Assembly (NCBI GenBank): GCA_947427385.1
Contig: CANEHT010000001.1
Location: 19,572-83,571 of the forward strand
Source: an uncultured Clostridia bacterium
GTDB taxonomy: Bacteria > Bacillota > Clostridia > Lachnospirales > CAMVHY01
Direction: 5' to 3'
Length of the DNA: 64,000 nt
The position numbers and the translations under genes are program-made. Numbering within the stretch: the stretch's first letter is position 1; every line of letters starts with the position of its first letter. Below are positions 54,124 to 63,305 of this stretch, piece after piece. The notes below the pieces were generated by a model. The model was not told the origin of the DNA. It did no database searches and was given only the letters and a program-made list of their open reading frames with translations.

Positions 54124-55140
54124 CTATTTTTTAGAGATTAATTTATTCCAAGTAGCAAGTTCAGAGAAAGCAAATTTTTTTACTGAATCATTTTCTGTTT
54201 CGCAAATGTTTATATTTTTTCCGTCAATAGATGATAATTCAAACAAAGTATCTTGACATTGAATAGTTTCGAAAAGCCGCATCTTTTGAAATTCATCGGT
54301 AAAAAATTTACCATTATAAACGTCATAGAAATATGGAATTGTCGAGAATAATTTAAAATCAATTCGGTTGTCAATCGAACTTAAAAGCATGGGTATTGTG
54401 CCAATGTAACCTGACTCAATAATCATAATTTTTTCTTGTTTAATTTCGCTCAATAAATTTTCAAGTGATTGAATCAATTTGTCAAAATTTCTTTTAGTTT
54501 TTATTTCATTTTTGACGTAAATCTTTAACTCATAAAAATTTTTAATGCCAGAATCAAGTGCATCAAAAATAATATTTTGAATTTCGCTGTAAATATCGTC
54601 GTCAAAAAAAGATAAATATTTTCGACTTATAAAAAGTGGATAAATTTCAAATTTACAATTTGAATTCCATTTGTTAAATGCTAAGTATGGCAGCAAAGCG
54701 TCGCGCAATAAAAAACAATACGCTGTATTTAAATCAGCGGTTTCAAAAATATTTCGTGAATAATTTAAAATATCGTAAAAAATTTCAGGTGGCGAAGTTG
54801 CTTCATATAATTCCATTTGATTTTTCAAATATGTTATATATTCATTCAAATCGTGCTGTTCATTTTTATATTTCAAATCAGATTTTATAGTAAATTTTTT
54901 CATGGGAAATGGAATTTCATTATTTTTTAATATGAACGAATTCAAACGCGTTATCACATTTGTTTTTTGATTTATGAAATCATAAGAACTTTGATAACCT
55001 TCATCTTTTATATCTTCCAAAAATTTTAGTAATACTTTCGCTTCGTGAATAATTTTTTGTGGAGCATTAAGTGAATAATTTGTTTCATAAAAATTTAGAC
55101 GTAAGTTAAAAAATTTTATACTATAAGAAATAAATCCCAT
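54124..55140 (-). CDS. orphan cytoplasmic protein (338 aa)
   Basis: SD AGGTGGA then ATG 55140 (MGFISYS); the track start is GTG 55149. No TM segment and no confident family. The weak resemblance to HAD-like COG5610 patterns (FLLRDA..., ESGYIGT) is too tenuous to call. Confidence 0.6.
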   Translation of the reverse strand: MGFISYSIKFFNLRLNFYETNYSLNAPQKIIHEAKVLLKFLEDIKDEGYQSSYDFINQKTNVITRLNSFILKNNEIPFPMKKFTIKSDLKYKNEQHDLNEYITYLKNQMELYEATSPPEIFYDILNYSRNIFETADLNTAYCFLLRDALLPYLAFNKWNSNCKFEIYPLFISRKYLSFFDDDIYSEIQNIIFDALDSGIKNFYELKIYVKNEIKTKRNFDKLIQSLENLLSEIKQEKIMIIESGYIGTIPMLLSSIDNRIDFKLFSTIPYFYDVYNGKFFTDEFQKMRLFETIQCQDTLFELSSIDGKNINICETENDSVKKFAFSELATWNKLISKK

Positions 55141-55158
55141 AATTTCCACCTGATTTTA

Positions 55159-55184
55159 TAAAAAAATCCGCCTAAGCGGATTTT
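55159..55184 (-). terminator. terminator downstream of the tRNA-Ser pair
   Basis: AAATCCGC-ctaa-GCGGATTT, with a T7 run following on the minus strand. Confidence 0.65.
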
Positions 55185-55213
55185 AAATAAGGAGTTTCAT
55201 GAATAAAAAAATG

Positions 55214-55302
55214 CGGAAAAGAAGGGATTTGAACCCTTGCATCGATTAACTCGACCTACTCCCTTTCCAAGGGAGCCCCTTCAGCCACTTGGGTACTTTT
55301 CC
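55214..55302 (-). tRNA. tRNA-Ser (anticodon GGA)
   Basis: Manual fold: acceptor GGAAAAG/CTTTTCC, anticodon arm CTCCC-TTGGAAA-GGGAG, long variable arm, T arm AAGGG-TTCAAAT-CCCTT, discriminator G. The 3' CCA is not encoded. Confidence 0.85.
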
Positions 55303-55314
55303 ATAAAAAAGGAG

Positions 55315-55400
55315 CGGAGAGAGTGGGATTCGAACCCACGGCTCCTTACGGAGACACCAGTTTTCAAGACTGGCTCCTTAAACCACTCGGACATCTCTCC
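55315..55400 (-). tRNA. tRNA-Ser (anticodon UGA)
   Basis: Manual fold: acceptor GGAGAGA/TCTCTCC, anticodon arm CCAGT-CTTGAAA-ACTGG, variable arm with CTCC-gtaa-GGAG, T arm GTGGG-TTCGAAT-CCCAC. The 3' CCA is not encoded. Confidence 0.88.
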
Positions 55401-55448
55401 ACGATTCAACATTTTTAATTTTATAATGAGAAGAGGAAAAAGTCAAGC

Positions 55449-56150
55449 TTATAATTTTTTAAAAGTAATAGCGAGAGTGAGACTCAAAATATAGTTAGCG
55501 CCGGCATTTTTTAGCATTTGAGAGCACTCATTAATTGTAGTTCCAGTCGTAAAAATATCGTCGAGCAAAATAATATTTTTACCGCTAACATTTTTACAAC
55601 TAAAAGCGCCAATTAAATTACGTTTACGTTCGTGGAAATCTAAAAGCCATTGAGGCTTCGTATTCCGTATTCTTTTGAGTAAATCCGTACGTAATGGTAT
55701 TTGAAATTTTTGTGCAAGATTTTTTGCCAAAATTTCCGATTGATTAAAGCCACGGTCACGCTTACGAGCTTTATGTATCGGCACAGGAATTATATAATCA
55801 ATTTGAGAAATGTCAAGATTTATTTCATTGGCCATAATTTTTGACAAACCTTTGCCAATTGCGGGATGATTTTTAAATTTAAAACGATGAATCAAATCTG
55901 AAATTACATCGTCATAGATAAAAAGTGAAAAATTTTTGTCAAAGAAAACTTTTTCATGAGTTCGCGCGCAAATGCCACATAAATTTCCAAAATCAATTGG
56001 CCGACTACATTTCTCACAACGTTTTGAATTTATTGGCGTAATTAAATTTTTACATTCATCGCACAAAAATTTTTGTGTTCCAAATTCAAAAATATTGTTG
56101 CAAACGATACATCGCGGCGGATAAATTAAATCTAAAATGAAATTAAACAT
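55449..56150 (-). CDS. comF: ComF-family protein (phosphoribosyltransferase domain, zinc-finger N-terminus)
   Basis: CxxC pairs at the N-terminus and a PRTase motif ILLDDIFTTGTT. ATG 56150 overlaps the recD2 stop (ATGTTTAA). Confidence 0.78.
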   Translation of the reverse strand: MFNFILDLIYPPRCIVCNNIFEFGTQKFLCDECKNLITPINSKRCEKCSRPIDFGNLCGICARTHEKVFFDKNFSLFIYDDVISDLIHRFKFKNHPAIGKGLSKIMANEINLDISQIDYIIPVPIHKARKRDRGFNQSEILAKNLAQKFQIPLRTDLLKRIRNTKPQWLLDFHERKRNLIGAFSCKNVSGKNIILLDDIFTTGTTINECSQMLKNAGANYILSLTLAITFKKL

Positions 56151-58392
56151 CGTTAATCTTATCCAATGATTTGATGCGATAATCCAGCGCAGAATACCGC
56201 TCAAACTTTTTTTTATTTTTTATCATTGAGTAAACTGTTTGCGGCAAGCCAATCATTATGACTAAATCTTTTGCACGCGTTACGGCCGTATATAATAAAT
56301 TTCGATTCATAAGCATTGGCGGACCGCCGAAAATTGGAACAACAATTGATTTATATTCACTACCTTGAGATTTATGAATAGTAATTGCGTAGGCTAAATC
56401 AATTTCATCAAGCTGAGTGAAATCATAATCGACAAATTTATTGTCGTCAAATTTAATTGTTATTTTCTTGTGATACTCATCAATTTTTTCGATGAAACCG
56501 GTATCGCCATTAAAAACGCCTAATCCGTTAGCGACACAAATATTATTTTCAAAACATTGCCACTCGAGCGAATAGTTATTTTTTACTTGCATAACTTTGT
56601 CGCCCTCACGGTAAATATAATTGCCAAATTCTTTTTCATTTTTTAACATACTTGATGGATTTAATTTTTCTTGTAAAATTTTATTTAAATTAATTGTACC
56701 GAGTTCACCACGTTTCATTGGCGCTAAAACTTGAATTTCAGATATATCGTTGGAATTTAATTTACGAGGAATTCGATTCGCAACCATCTCAATTATCGTA
56801 TTGATAATCGAATTTGAATCAGGCTTATAAATGAAAAAAAAGTCGTCACTTTTAGAATTTAAATCAAATTGCTCACCATTATTTATTTTATGCGCATTAA
56901 TAATAATTGAACTTTGTGATGCTTGACGAAAAATCTTGTCAAGCCGTACAACTTTAGTCTTACCGCTTTCAATTAAATCATGCAAAATATTTCCCGGGCC
57001 AACTGATGGAAGTTGGTCAACATCGCCTACCAAAATTAATTTCGTATCAATAGCGGTTGCTTTGAGCAAACTATACATAAGTGTGATATCAATCATCGAT
57101 GCCTCATCCACAATTATATAATCCGCTTTGACGGGATTGTTCTCATCACAATTAAATTTTTGTGCGTCATCAAAATTTATTCCAAGCAATCGATGTATGG
57201 TTTTCGCTTCAAAATTTGTTGCCTCCGACATTTTTTTTGCCGCACGACCTGTTGGTGCACAAAGTTCAATATAATTCCCAAATGATTTCAAAATTCCAAC
57301 GATTGCTTTGAGCGTAGTTGTTTTTCCAGTACCAGGACCGCCCGTGATAATTGTTACGCCATTTTGTATAGATTGTTTGACGGCTTCAAGTTGATTATCA
57401 GCTAAATTTATTTTATTTTGTACCATGAAATTTTTTATGGCGTCATCATTTTGCATGTCAAAACTATTTGTATTGAGCAGTAAAATTTTTTTTGCAATAA
57501 ATTGTTCCATATAATAATAAATATTTAGGTAAACGACAACTTCATCTTGCAAATTCTCACGCTTTATCAAATTATTTATTTGCATTTGTTTTAAATTTTC
57601 TTTTATCAAATCTATGTCAATATTTATAAGTTCGATTACATTCTCTAGCAAAATTTTTTCTGGTAGATAAACATGACCGGAAATTTCAGCAGCTTGTTTA
57701 AGACAAAATTTTATTGCCGATTGAATACGAAAAGGTGAGTCTTTCTCAATCCCAACCTTTTTCGCTATCACATCGGCTTTTTTAAATCCTATTCCCCATA
57801 CTTCATCCGTTAATCTATACGGATTTATTTTTATCATGTTTATCGTATCATCACCATATTTTTTTTGAATCTTCGCAATATATGCTGGCGTGATATCTAA
57901 ACTTTGTAGGTAAATCATAATATTTCGTGAGCGATTTATTTCCATAAATGTTTCATTTATTAACTTCGCAAATTTTTTATTGATACCCCTAACTTTTGAC
58001 AATTGCTCATAATTATTTTCAATGATATCAAAAGTTTTACTCCCAAAAGTTTTTACAATACGTTCGGCAATTTTTGGGCCAATACCTTTAATAATTCCTG
58101 ATGACAGATATTTTTCAATATTTTCATTTGTAACCGGAATTTTTTTCTCAATACTAATAACTTTAAATTGCTCACCGTAAACAGGATGAATAACGAAATT
58201 TCCCGTAATATTTATCGATTCACTTTCATTAATTTGTGCAAAATATCCCGTACAGATAATTATTTTTTCGTCATTAATTTTTAATTTAAAAACGGTATAA
58301 CCATTTTGTTCGCTACGGAATACAATATTTTTTACCGTACCAGTAATCTCAATTTTTTCTTTCATGCGTAAAAACTCCAATATAAATTCCAT
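56143..58392 (-). CDS. recD2: RecD2-type ATP-dependent 5'-3' DNA helicase
   Basis: Walker A ITGGPGTGKTT, IIVDEASMID, the SH3-like region and C-terminal YAITIHKSQGSE. Confidence 0.88.
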   Translation of the reverse strand: MEFILEFLRMKEKIEITGTVKNIVFRSEQNGYTVFKLKINDEKIIICTGYFAQINESESINITGNFVIHPVYGEQFKVISIEKKIPVTNENIEKYLSSGIIKGIGPKIAERIVKTFGSKTFDIIENNYEQLSKVRGINKKFAKLINETFMEINRSRNIMIYLQSLDITPAYIAKIQKKYGDDTINMIKINPYRLTDEVWGIGFKKADVIAKKVGIEKDSPFRIQSAIKFCLKQAAEISGHVYLPEKILLENVIELINIDIDLIKENLKQMQINNLIKRENLQDEVVVYLNIYYYMEQFIAKKILLLNTNSFDMQNDDAIKNFMVQNKINLADNQLEAVKQSIQNGVTIITGGPGTGKTTTLKAIVGILKSFGNYIELCAPTGRAAKKMSEATNFEAKTIHRLLGINFDDAQKFNCDENNPVKADYIIVDEASMIDITLMYSLLKATAIDTKLILVGDVDQLPSVGPGNILHDLIESGKTKVVRLDKIFRQASQSSIIINAHKINNGEQFDLNSKSDDFFFIYKPDSNSIINTIIEMVANRIPRKLNSNDISEIQVLAPMKRGELGTINLNKILQEKLNPSSMLKNEKEFGNYIYREGDKVMQVKNNYSLEWQCFENNICVANGLGVFNGDTGFIEKIDEYHKKITIKFDDNKFVDYDFTQLDEIDLAYAITIHKSQGSEYKSIVVPIFGGPPMLMNRNLLYTAVTRAKDLVIMIGLPQTVYSMIKNKKKFERYSALDYRIKSLDKINDV

Positions 58393-58992
58393 TTAAAATT
58401 TACGGCGGCCCTCTAATGCTTTTGCTAAAGTTATTTCGTCAGCATATTGAATATCTGCTCCAATTGGAATCCCATATGCTATTCGTGTTATTTCGATATC
58501 AAACATACTTAGCAAATTTTTTAAATAAATTGCCGTAGCTTCACCTTCAACTGTTGAGTTTGTCGCTAAAATTATTTCAGTTGGCTTATCATTTTTTATT
58601 CGCTCAAGTAATTGTTTTATTTTTAAATCATTTGGCCCAATATTATTTATCGGTGAAATTAATCCATGTAAAACGTGGTAGACTCCATTAAAATTATTTG
58701 TTTTTTCATATGCCGCCATATCGCGTGGGTCTTCAACTACCATTATTAATTTATTATTACGTTTTGATGAAGCACATATCTCACAAATTTCTTTATCCGA
58801 AAAATTACAGCATACTTGACAATATTTTATTTTATCCTTCGCTTCTATTATTGTATTTGTAAATTCTAAAACTTTTTCCGGTTCTAAGTTAATTATATAA
58901 AAAGCAAGTCTTTGTGCAGACTTGCTTCCGATACCGGGAAGTTTTGAAAATTGCTCTATTAATTTATTTACTGGGTCCCCATAATAATTCAT
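58393..58992 (-). CDS. recR: recombination protein RecR
   Basis: LPGIGSKSAQRLAFY HhH motif, C4 zinc finger and Toprim domain. Confidence 0.96.
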   Translation of the reverse strand: MNYYGDPVNKLIEQFSKLPGIGSKSAQRLAFYIINLEPEKVLEFTNTIIEAKDKIKYCQVCCNFSDKEICEICASSKRNNKLIMVVEDPRDMAAYEKTNNFNGVYHVLHGLISPINNIGPNDLKIKQLLERIKNDKPTEIILATNSTVEGEATAIYLKNLLSMFDIEITRIAYGIPIGADIQYADEITLAKALEGRRKF

Positions 58993-59000
58993 ATCTTCAC

Positions 59001-59324
59001 CTAAAACATTCCACCTGTTAAATTATTTAATGATGCGGCAGCAGCTTCATCTACTTGCCTTATCGCTTCATTTACTGCACTAATAATTAAGTCTTGAAGC
59101 ATTTCTAAATCATCAACTACTTCTTTTGATATCTCAATTGATTGAACTGTTTTCTTCCCATCAATAATTAATTTAATAGCGCCACCTCCTGATGTAATTT
59201 CAAATGTTTTTTTAGCTAATTCATCTTGCGTTTTTTTCATATCTTCCTGCATTTTTTTCGCTTGCTTCATTAAACTATTTATATCCATTGAGCCGGGAAA
59301 TCCCGAATTCTTACCAAATGCCAT
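59001..59324 (-). CDS. ybaB: nucleoid-associated protein YbaB/EbfC
   Basis: 107 aa with MQEDMKKTQDEL...GGGAIKLIIDGK...AVNEA, upstream of recR as usual. Confidence 0.92.
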   Translation of the reverse strand: MAFGKNSGFPGSMDINSLMKQAKKMQEDMKKTQDELAKKTFEITSGGGAIKLIIDGKKTVQSIEISKEVVDDLEMLQDLIISAVNEAIRQVDEAAAASLNNLTGGMF

Positions 59325-59408
59325 AATAAATCTCCTCCATCTCTATTTTTCATTTCTATTATAAATAGTTTCAATCATTTAGTCAATGAAATTTTCCTTG
59401 AGTGTTAC

Positions 59409-59459
59409 TTGACTTTGATGTGTATAAATATTACAATAAAATTGTGATTGTTTTATAAT
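59409..59459 (+). promoter_or_regulatory. tandem overlapping promoter candidates of 59491 gene
   Basis: P1 is TTGACT (59409-14), 17-nt spacer, TACAAT (59432-37). P2 is TTACAA (59431-36), 17-nt spacer, TATAAT (59454-59). Both are conserved upstream of the paralog at 60463-60513. Confidence 0.45.
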
Positions 59460-59490
59460 TATTTTTTAAAAATTATAGGAGATGATTATT

Positions 59491-60360
59491 ATGGAAGACC
59501 AACAAAATCCAAAAGTTGAAACAGTGGAAAATGCTGAGCAAGTACAAAATGAAAATCAAGCTCAAACTTTAAATAATGATGAACAAAGTGAAGAAGACAT
59601 AGAAAGAAGAAAAAAATATGAGGAGCAACAAATAGCGCGAATTAATTTGATTTTTGGTAAGCCAACAGATCTTCAAAAATTATATGAAGAATATGCAAAA
59701 GAGTTTCAAGTTATAGCTCAAAAACGTGCAGAAGTAGAAAGTTTAAAAAAAGAAACAAATGAAAAAAACGATAATGATAAACAAGAGAATAATAATAATA
59801 ATGCTAATGAACCCCAAGGAAGCGAGTCAAAAACATTGCAACAAGATGAAGAAAAAGAATTTGCTGGACGTTGGGGACTTAATCCTGAAGAGTTATCAGG
59901 TAAGATTGAAGTCTTACAAGTAGGATGTGTAGCAACTGTTGTTCCGCAACATCTTACTTTTAAGGAAAAAGAAGAGCGTAATAATGTTTTAAAAAAAGCA
60001 ATGGAAATTAATCTTTATAAAAAATTACCGGATTTTGCAAAATTTTTGCAAGTTAGAGGAATAAATGCTAAGTTAGAACAATTTGGAGATGATATGGCAA
60101 AATTTGATCCAGGATGTGATGCTAAAGCTGTATCTTATTTTTTAGATGAATTTTGTGAATTGGAAAAACAAAAAGAAGAAATAAAAGCTCAAAAGGAAAA
60201 AGAAGAAAGAGAAAAAAAAGAAAAGGAAAGTATAATGGATAAAGCAAAAGATGCTAAAAAAGAGGCAGATGAGCAAAGTGAAAATAATGAACCAGAAAGT
60301 GAGCAACCTAATAGTGAGCATGACGAAACAGGTAATAGTGTTCCTGATTTAACAGATTAA
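59491..60360 (+). CDS. orphan acidic/K-E-rich protein (289 aa), paralog of 60555-61214
   Basis: SD AGGAG-atgattatt-ATG 59491 (MEDQQNPK). Its core VEVLQVGCVATVVPQHLTFKEKEERNNVLKKAMEINLY aligns with the neighbour. No TM segment or signal peptide. Confidence 0.72.
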   Translation: MEDQQNPKVETVENAEQVQNENQAQTLNNDEQSEEDIERRKKYEEQQIARINLIFGKPTDLQKLYEEYAKEFQVIAQKRAEVESLKKETNEKNDNDKQENNNNNANEPQGSESKTLQQDEEKEFAGRWGLNPEELSGKIEVLQVGCVATVVPQHLTFKEKEERNNVLKKAMEINLYKKLPDFAKFLQVRGINAKLEQFGDDMAKFDPGCDAKAVSYFLDEFCELEKQKEEIKAQKEKEEREKKEKESIMDKAKDAKKEADEQSENNEPESEQPNSEHDETGNSVPDLTD

Positions 60361-60462
60361 ATAAAGAAAGTGATATTTAACGAAATTTAATCTCTCATAA
60401 ATTTTTTTGTTTGTTATAACAATTTTGTTTATTTATTCAATTAATTTTTTTTTGAGTGATAC

Positions 60463-60513
60463 TTGATTTTGACATAAATAAATATTACAATAACGTTACA
60501 AGCATTTTATAAA
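60463..60513 (+). promoter_or_regulatory. tandem overlapping promoter candidates of the 60.5 kb paralog
   Basis: TTGATT (60463-68), 17-nt spacer, TACAAT (60486-91). Also TTACAA (60485-90), 17-nt spacer, TATAAA (60508-13). Confidence 0.4.
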
Positions 60514-60554
60514 CACTTATTTTATGAGGGAGGTTGATTATTATGGAAAAATAA

Positions 60555-61214
60555 GTGAAAAAAGAAGAAGAATTAAAATTGGAGAATATAGATGAAGAAA
60601 CAGATGATTCACAGGAAATGAGAAAGAAAAAATTAAAACAGGAAGAAATTTTTCAATTATTTTTTGGTACAAAAGAGCAACTTAGTCAATTATCTGATAT
60701 TTATAAAAATGCTTACGAAACAAAAGATATTGAAACATTACGAGTCTTTTTCCCGAATATTAAAGCCAAAAAAGATTTAAGTAATTATCCAAAAGAAGTT
60801 GAAGTTTTAAATGATGGTAATGTCGCAACTGTTGTTGATAAAAATATGCCCCAAGATGAAAAAGATAAATATATGAAAATTTTAAAAAAGGTTAACAAGT
60901 TAAATCTCTTTCATTCAGATAATTTGGGGAAATTTATTAAATATGCGAAGGAAAATGGAGTTAATGCTGGATTAGTTCAACATAATTTTGTTTTATTTAA
61001 AATGACATCTTTTTATATTAATTGTAATATTGATAAAAAGCTTGAACTTTTAAATGGATTTGAAAAAGAACAATCAATGGGAAAGGAAAGTTTAATAGGG
61101 AAAGCAAAAAATGTTGAATCAGAATCAAAAAATCAGAACAAAGATGATGATGAAATTGAACTTGAAGATTTAGGTGATGATAAAAATAATAACAAAAATG
61201 ATAATGAAATATAG
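60555..61214 (+). CDS. orphan protein, paralog of 59491-60360; ancestral start disabled by an in-frame TAA at codon 4
   Basis: SD GAGGGAGG-ttgattatt-ATG 60543 is followed by GAA AAA TAA and then in-frame GTG 60555. The core VEVLNDGNVATVVDKNMPQDEKDKYMKILKKVNKLNLF matches the neighbour. Confidence 0.55.
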   Translation: MKKEEELKLENIDEETDDSQEMRKKKLKQEEIFQLFFGTKEQLSQLSDIYKNAYETKDIETLRVFFPNIKAKKDLSNYPKEVEVLNDGNVATVVDKNMPQDEKDKYMKILKKVNKLNLFHSDNLGKFIKYAKENGVNAGLVQHNFVLFKMTSFYINCNIDKKLELLNGFEKEQSMGKESLIGKAKNVESESKNQNKDDDEIELEDLGDDKNNNKNDNEI

Positions 61215-61300
61215 GTAGATTAATTTACTGAAATTTAATTAATTTGAATTCGCAAACGTTATATAATAAAAATTGCAAGCGAAAAAGTGGAGGATATTTT

Positions 61301-62179
61301 ATGCCGAACAAAATTATTTTAGTTGATGGCAACAGTATTATTAATCGTGCGTTTTACGGTTTACCATTATTGACAAATAAACTTGGTGAATTTACAAATG
61401 CAGTGTATGGTTTTTTAAACATGGTTTTGAAATTATATTATGAGGAGAAGCCGACACATTTAGCTGTCGCATTTGATTTACCAAAGCCAACGTTTCGTCA
61501 TGAACTTTTTTCAGAATATAAAGCTAAGCGAAAAGCAATGCCAAATGAATTGCGCGCGCAATTTGTTACGTTAAAAAATTTGCTGCAAAAAATGGGAATA
61601 AATTATTATGAAAAATGTGGATTTGAAGCCGATGATATTTTAGGGACGCTCGCAAAAAAATTTGAAAATGAAAATTTTGAAACAATAATTTTTTCCGGTG
61701 ATAGAGACCTTTTACAAATGGCAAGTGAAAAAATTAAAATTTTTATCCCAAAATCTAAAAAAAATAGTAAATCTATAGAAAAATATGACGAAAAAATTGT
61801 TTTTGAAAAAATCGGTGTTACGCCAAAAGAATTTATCGATGTCAAAGCTTTGATGGGTGATAAATCTGATAATATCCCCGGTGTGCCAGGTGTTGGCGAA
61901 AAAAGTGCTTTGAAAATTATTGTTGAATATAAAAGTATTGAAAATGCGCTTGAAAATTTGAACCGTAAAAAAAATCTTACAAGCTTTGAAAAAAAATTGT
62001 GTGAGCACGGTCAAAATGCTTTGTTTTGTAAAAAACTTGTGACTATTAATACCCACGTACCTATTGAAATAAATTTTGATGATGCAAAAGTTACGGACTT
62101 ATTTAATATCGATGCTTTACAGGAATTAAAACGGTTGGATTTAAATTGGTTGATTAATCGTTTTGGGGCGCTTTGTTAA
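61301..62179 (+). CDS. 5'-3' exonuclease (FEN/Pol I N-terminal domain-only protein)
   Basis: SD GGAGG then ATG 61301. Motifs LVDGNSIINRAFYG, AFDLPKPTFRHE, EADDILGT, GDRDLLQ and GDKSDNIPGVPGVGEKSA. Confidence 0.87.
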   Translation: MPNKIILVDGNSIINRAFYGLPLLTNKLGEFTNAVYGFLNMVLKLYYEEKPTHLAVAFDLPKPTFRHELFSEYKAKRKAMPNELRAQFVTLKNLLQKMGINYYEKCGFEADDILGTLAKKFENENFETIIFSGDRDLLQMASEKIKIFIPKSKKNSKSIEKYDEKIVFEKIGVTPKEFIDVKALMGDKSDNIPGVPGVGEKSALKIIVEYKSIENALENLNRKKNLTSFEKKLCEHGQNALFCKKLVTINTHVPIEINFDDAKVTDLFNIDALQELKRLDLNWLINRFGALC

Positions 62180-62273
62180 AATTTTAACAAGGCGTTCTTC
62201 TTATATTTGCTTGATTAATTTTCATGAATAGTTTATTATTTCTTTTATATGAAAATTTTTGGAGGTAATTTCA

Positions 62274-63290
62274 TTGATAGAGCTGGAAGATTTAAAACAA
62301 CGCGCTTTTGAATTCATTAATAATGCAAAAAGTTTAAAGGAACTTGATGAAATTAAAATTAAGTTACTTGGCAAAAAAAGTGAAATAAATTCGTTGATGA
62401 AATCGCTGAAAGACCTTGCACCAAATGAGCGGCCGATATTTGGTGAAAAAATTAATGCGTTGCGAAATCAAATTGAAAATAAATTGAATGATGTAAAGAA
62501 TAATTTATTTGAGGCGGAGCAAAATCTTTGCTTCCAAGCTGAAAAAATCGATATAACTTTACCAGGCGTGACAAATAAAATTGGCAATTTACATCCGCTA
62601 ACCATTGTCTTAAATGATATACAAAATATTTTTATTTCGATGGGGTATGAAGTTATTGACGCGCATGATGTCGAAACTGCTTATTATAATTTCGACGCGT
62701 TAAATATTCCGAAAAGCCATCCGGCGCGTGATGAGCAGGATACTTTTTATATAAATGACGAGCAAGTTTTGGTTACGGCTACTTCGCCGATGCAAATTCG
62801 TGTCATGGAAACGCGAAAACCGCCGATAAAGATTGTTTCACCAGGTCGCGTTTATCGTACAGATGAAATTGATGCGACTCATACGCCGGTGTTTCATCAA
62901 ATGGAAGGTTTAGTTGTCGATAAAAATATTACAATGTGTGATTTAAAGGGAACATTGGACGTTTTTGCAAAAAAATTGATTGGTGAAAATATCAAGACTC
63001 GTTTTCGTCCACATTATTTTCCATTTACGGAACCTAGTGCGGAAATGGACGTTACTTGTTTTGTATGCGGCGGTGAAGGTTGCAAAACTTGCAAAAATAC
63101 GGGCTTTATAGAATTATTAGGATGTGGAATGGTTCATCCAAAAGTGTTAGAAAATGTTGGCATTGACCCATCAGAATTTTCTGGATTCGCTTTCGGGATG
63201 GGTATCGAAAGAATTGCCATGCAGCATTTTGGAATTACGGATATCAGATTGTTTTATGAGAACGATGTAAGATTTTTAAGACAATTTTAA
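62274..63290 (+). CDS. pheS: phenylalanine--tRNA ligase alpha subunit
   Basis: HPLT, SHPARDEQDTFY, RTDEIDATHTPVFHQMEG and FAFGMGIERIAM motifs. SD GGAGG, 8-nt spacer, TTG 62274 is preferred over the track start at 62259. Confidence 0.95.
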   Translation: MIELEDLKQRAFEFINNAKSLKELDEIKIKLLGKKSEINSLMKSLKDLAPNERPIFGEKINALRNQIENKLNDVKNNLFEAEQNLCFQAEKIDITLPGVTNKIGNLHPLTIVLNDIQNIFISMGYEVIDAHDVETAYYNFDALNIPKSHPARDEQDTFYINDEQVLVTATSPMQIRVMETRKPPIKIVSPGRVYRTDEIDATHTPVFHQMEGLVVDKNITMCDLKGTLDVFAKKLIGENIKTRFRPHYFPFTEPSAEMDVTCFVCGGEGCKTCKNTGFIELLGCGMVHPKVLENVGIDPSEFSGFAFGMGIERIAMQHFGITDIRLFYENDVRFLRQF

Positions 63291-63305
63291 GTTGAGGCGA
63301 TTATA

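Noticed and set aside
55237-55494. An 85-aa plus-strand ORF spanning the tRNA region.
   Set aside because: It is the antisense reading of two well-folding tRNA-Ser genes and the comF 3' end, so it is not a credible CDS.
59001-59324. Absence of dnaX upstream of ybaB-recR, and fusion of recD2-comF to the same operon.
   Set aside because: This is a synteny variation of housekeeping genes. The overlapping stop/start ATGTTTAA simply indicates translational coupling, and nothing suggests a novel system.
62180-62273. A T-box leader upstream of pheS.
   Set aside because: The intergenic region is only ~95 nt, too short for a T-box (about 200 nt or more). I found no specifier loop, T-box sequence or terminator/antiterminator pair.
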